Assembly: GCA_964548475.1 (NCBI GenBank)
Contig: CAZJRF010000004.1
Coordinates: 1-36,693, forward strand
Length of the DNA: 36,693 nt
Origin: an uncultured Acidimicrobiia bacterium
GTDB taxonomy: Bacteria > Actinomycetota > Acidimicrobiia > Spongiisociales > UBA11373
Reading direction: 5' to 3'
The position numbers were made by a program, and so were the translations under genes. Shown piece after piece: positions 34,602 through 36,693 of the stretch. Position 1 is the stretch's first letter. Each line of letters begins with the position of its first letter. Below the pieces are notes generated by a model. The model searched no databases and had not been told where the DNA came from. It worked only from the letters and a program-made list of their open reading frames with translations.

Positions 34602-35509
34602 GGACGATCGCCGAGCTGGTCGCGTCCGGGGCGGTGAGGCGCGAGGTGGCCCTGGCCCCGCTGACCACCTATCGGTTCGGCGGTCCGGCCCGGTACTTCG
34701 TGGAAGCGCACGACGAGGAGCAGTTGCGGCAGGTGGCGGCCGCCCTGGCCCTGGAGTCAATGCCGGTGCTGGTGCTGGGGCGAGGCAGCAACGTGGCCGT
34801 TTCCCCCAGAGGTTTCCCCGGGCTGGTGGTCCATCCCGGGCAGGGTCTGGCGGGGGTGGCGGTGCGCGGGGACGGCCGGGTGGTGGCGGGGGCCGCCGCC
34901 TCGCAGCCGGCGGTGGCCCGACGCAGTGCGGCCGCGGGGCGGGGAGGCCTCGAGTACCTGGTGGGCATCCCCGGGTCCGTGGGAGGGGCAGTGGCCATGA
35001 ACAGCGGGTGTCACGGCACCGCCACCGCCGAGTGGCTGGTGAGCGCCCGGGTGATCGATCTGCGCACGGGGTTGGTGGACGACCGGGGCGCCGGCCGGCT
35101 CGGCCTGTCCTACCGGCACAGCGACCTGGCAGACACGGAAATGGTGGTGGCCGCCACCTTCCGCACGGTGGCGCGGCCGCGCCGGGAGGCAGAGGCGATC
35201 ATGCAGGAGATCACTCGCTGGCGGCGGCAGCATCAGCCGGGAGGCACGCTCAACGCCGGCAGCGTGTTCAAGAACCCCCCGGGAGACGCGGCGGGGCGGC
35301 TGATCGACTCCCTCGGGCTCAAGGGCCTTCGCCGGGGCGGGGTGACGGTCTCGGCACGACACGCCAACTTCTTCGAAGCGGACGCGGAAGCCTCGGCTCA
35401 GGACCTGTACGACCTGGTGGCTGAGGTGCGGGAGCGGGTACGGGAGGCTACCGGTGTCGAGCTCGAGCCCGAGGTGCGCTTCGCAGGGCCCTTCCGTGAG
35501 CCGTCGTGA
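34598..35509 (+). CDS. murB: UDP-N-acetylenolpyruvoylglucosamine reductase
   Basis: 303 aa. It has a GTGA overlap with murC. The FAD-binding block is VLVLGRGSNV. GIPGSVGGAVAMNSG and GSVFKNPPG are also present. Confidence 0.9.
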   Translation: MRTIAELVASGAVRREVALAPLTTYRFGGPARYFVEAHDEEQLRQVAAALALESMPVLVLGRGSNVAVSPRGFPGLVVHPGQGLAGVAVRGDGRVVAGAAASQPAVARRSAAAGRGGLEYLVGIPGSVGGAVAMNSGCHGTATAEWLVSARVIDLRTGLVDDRGAGRLGLSYRHSDLADTEMVVAATFRTVARPRREAEAIMQEITRWRRQHQPGGTLNAGSVFKNPPGDAAGRLIDSLGLKGLRRGGVTVSARHANFFEADAEASAQDLYDLVAEVRERVREATGVELEPEVRFAGPFREPS

Positions 35510-36279
35510 GTGGGCCCGGTACCGGCCATCGCACCGGGGGGAGGCGGCCCGGGACGCGCCGCCGCTGGGCGTGGACGCTCGGAATCGGCGGACTGGTGCT
35601 GGTCGGGGCCACTGCCGTAGTGCTCCATTCGCCCTGGATGTCGGTGCGGGAGATAGAGGTGCTCGGGGCGGTGCACGCCGACGTCGCGGCGGGCCTGAGC
35701 GCCGCCGGGGTCGGGGAGGGAGCGCTCATGATCTGGTTGCGGCCGGGGGAGATCGAAGCGGCGGTGGCCGCCGATCCCTGGGTGCGCGAGGTGCGGGTGG
35801 AGCGGATCTTCCCCGATCGTCTGGTAATCGAGGTGCTCGAGCAGACTCCGGCGGTGTGGGTGCGGGGAGAGCACAGCTGGATGCTGGTCGCCCGAACCGG
35901 GGCGATCATCATGGTGGCCGAGGCACCGGGTGCCGGGGTTCTGCGGGCCGAGGTGTTTTACCCGGACCACGCCGCCGGGGAGGGGCCGAGAGGAGCCGAA
36001 TGGGGCGAGCTGGCCGGCCTGGGAGTGGTGCTGGGACCGGACCTGGCGGCCCGAGCGCTGGTCACCCGGGAGGGGGGCGAGCTGTGGCTGAGCGCGGGGG
36101 GTTGTCGCGCCCGGTTGGGGCCGGCCACCGAACTGGCCGACAAGGGAAGGGTGTTTGCCGCCCTGCTGGAGGAGGGGCTGGCTGCCGGATCGGAGATCGA
36201 CCTGATCGCGCCGACCCGTCCAGCGGTCACCGGACCCGGGGGAGATACCGATGAGGGAGACGAGGAACCGGCAGGATGA
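35506..36279 (+). CDS. ftsQ: cell-division protein FtsQ/DivIB (POTRA domain)
   Basis: 257 aa. It has a GTGA overlap with murB, a basic N-terminus and one TM helix. The POTRA-like block is VREIEVLGAVH...ADPWVREVRVERIFPDRLVIEVLEQTPAVWV. Confidence 0.8.
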   Translation: MSGPGTGHRTGGRRPGTRRRWAWTLGIGGLVLVGATAVVLHSPWMSVREIEVLGAVHADVAAGLSAAGVGEGALMIWLRPGEIEAAVAADPWVREVRVERIFPDRLVIEVLEQTPAVWVRGEHSWMLVARTGAIIMVAEAPGAGVLRAEVFYPDHAAGEGPRGAEWGELAGLGVVLGPDLAARALVTREGGELWLSAGGCRARLGPATELADKGRVFAALLEEGLAAGSEIDLIAPTRPAVTGPGGDTDEGDEEPAG

Positions 36280-36365
36280 AGCTGTGCTGGAGGTTGAGGG
36301 CCGGTGTCGCCCGCAGGGGCGTGCCGGGCACTAACCTTCCACGATAGGTTCATGGAGGTGGCGTC

Positions 36366-36693
36366 ATGCCGCGCAAGCCACCGGAGAAGAGGGTGGAGAG
36401 TCACCAGATGCTGACCACAGACACACAAGGGATGCAGGCCTACCTGGCGGTCATCAAGGTGGTCGGGGTGGGTGGGGGCGGCGTGAATGCCATCAACCGC
36501 ATGATCGAGGGAGGTCTGCGCGGGGTGGAATTCGTCGCGGTCAACACCGACGCTCAGGCATTGCTCATGTCGGATGCCGACATCAAACTGGACATCGGCC
36601 GCAATCTGACCCGGGGGCTGGGCGCGGGGGCCGATCCCGAGGTGGGCAAGGCGGCCGCCGAGGAGCACCGGTCCGAGATCGAGGAAGCGGTCC
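36366..36693 (+). CDS. ftsZ: cell-division GTPase FtsZ, N-terminal ~109 aa; the gene continues past the right edge
   Basis: It is not in the track because it is open at the edge. ATG 36366 follows GGAGGTGG. The translation ...[41 protein letters not shown]...[17 protein letters not shown] is the tubulin-signature N-domain. In-frame alternative ATGs lie at 36408 and 36432. Confidence 0.92.
   Translation, partial: MPRKPPEKRVESHQMLTTDTQGMQAYLAVIKVVGVGGGGVNAINRMIEGGLRGVEFVAVNTDAQALLMSDADIKLDIGRNLTRGLGAGADPEVGKAAAEEHRSEIEEAV

Noticed and set aside
1-36693. Window-wide look for CRISPR arrays, tRNA/rRNA genes, IS elements, long tandem or dispersed repeats, and toxin-antitoxin or known defence-gene signatures
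   Set aside because: Reading both strands revealed none. Intergenic spacers are almost all under 120 nt. The only repeats seen are the short operator-like boxes reported above.

Overview
This is a very GC-rich, densely coding chromosomal segment of actinobacterial type. My class-level guess is Acidimicrobiia, Thermoleophilia or Rubrobacteria, and that guess is an inference only. I count about 40 protein genes. Many are joined by 1-, 4-, 8- or 11-nt start/stop overlaps, which implies long translationally coupled operons.

The right third (23.4-36.7 kb) is a division/cell-wall (dcw) cluster: mraZ-rsmH-ftsL-ftsI-murE-mraY-murD-ftsW-murG-murC-murB-ftsQ-ftsZ, with ftsZ cut by the window edge. Upstream of mraZ there is a clear phased MraZ-type operator. 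The cluster has no murF between murE and mraY.

The left two thirds contain:
- gnd (5' part)
- an M1 aminopeptidase lipoprotein
- a coiled-coil NYN/YacP-like protein
- a coupled block of Cys4 mini-protein, queG, metallophosphoesterase and methyltransferase
- hsp20
- a ROK sugar kinase plus a LiaF-like membrane protein
- glgP
- ltaE, an orphan ACP and a zinc-ribbon NUDIX hydrolase
- a histidine phosphatase
- dinB
- a DUF3040 protein and a MerR regulator
- the actinobacterial moxR-DUF58-transglutaminase operon
- a short poorly explained stretch at 20.3-22.3 kb
- a LapA-like protein and a YciK-like SDR

The 20.3-22.3 kb stretch holds two coupled orphan ORFs, a degenerate DNA-binding-domain-less serine-recombinase-like protein, and a divergent HNH endonuclease with a repeat-bearing intergenic region.

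I saw no rRNA, tRNA, CRISPR array, transposase or IS ends. Most of the window is ordinary core genome. I cannot demonstrate a new system from sequence alone, and the 20.3-22.3 kb stretch is the best candidate for a second look. All family calls rest on motifs read by eye in the supplied translations, because no database search was possible.
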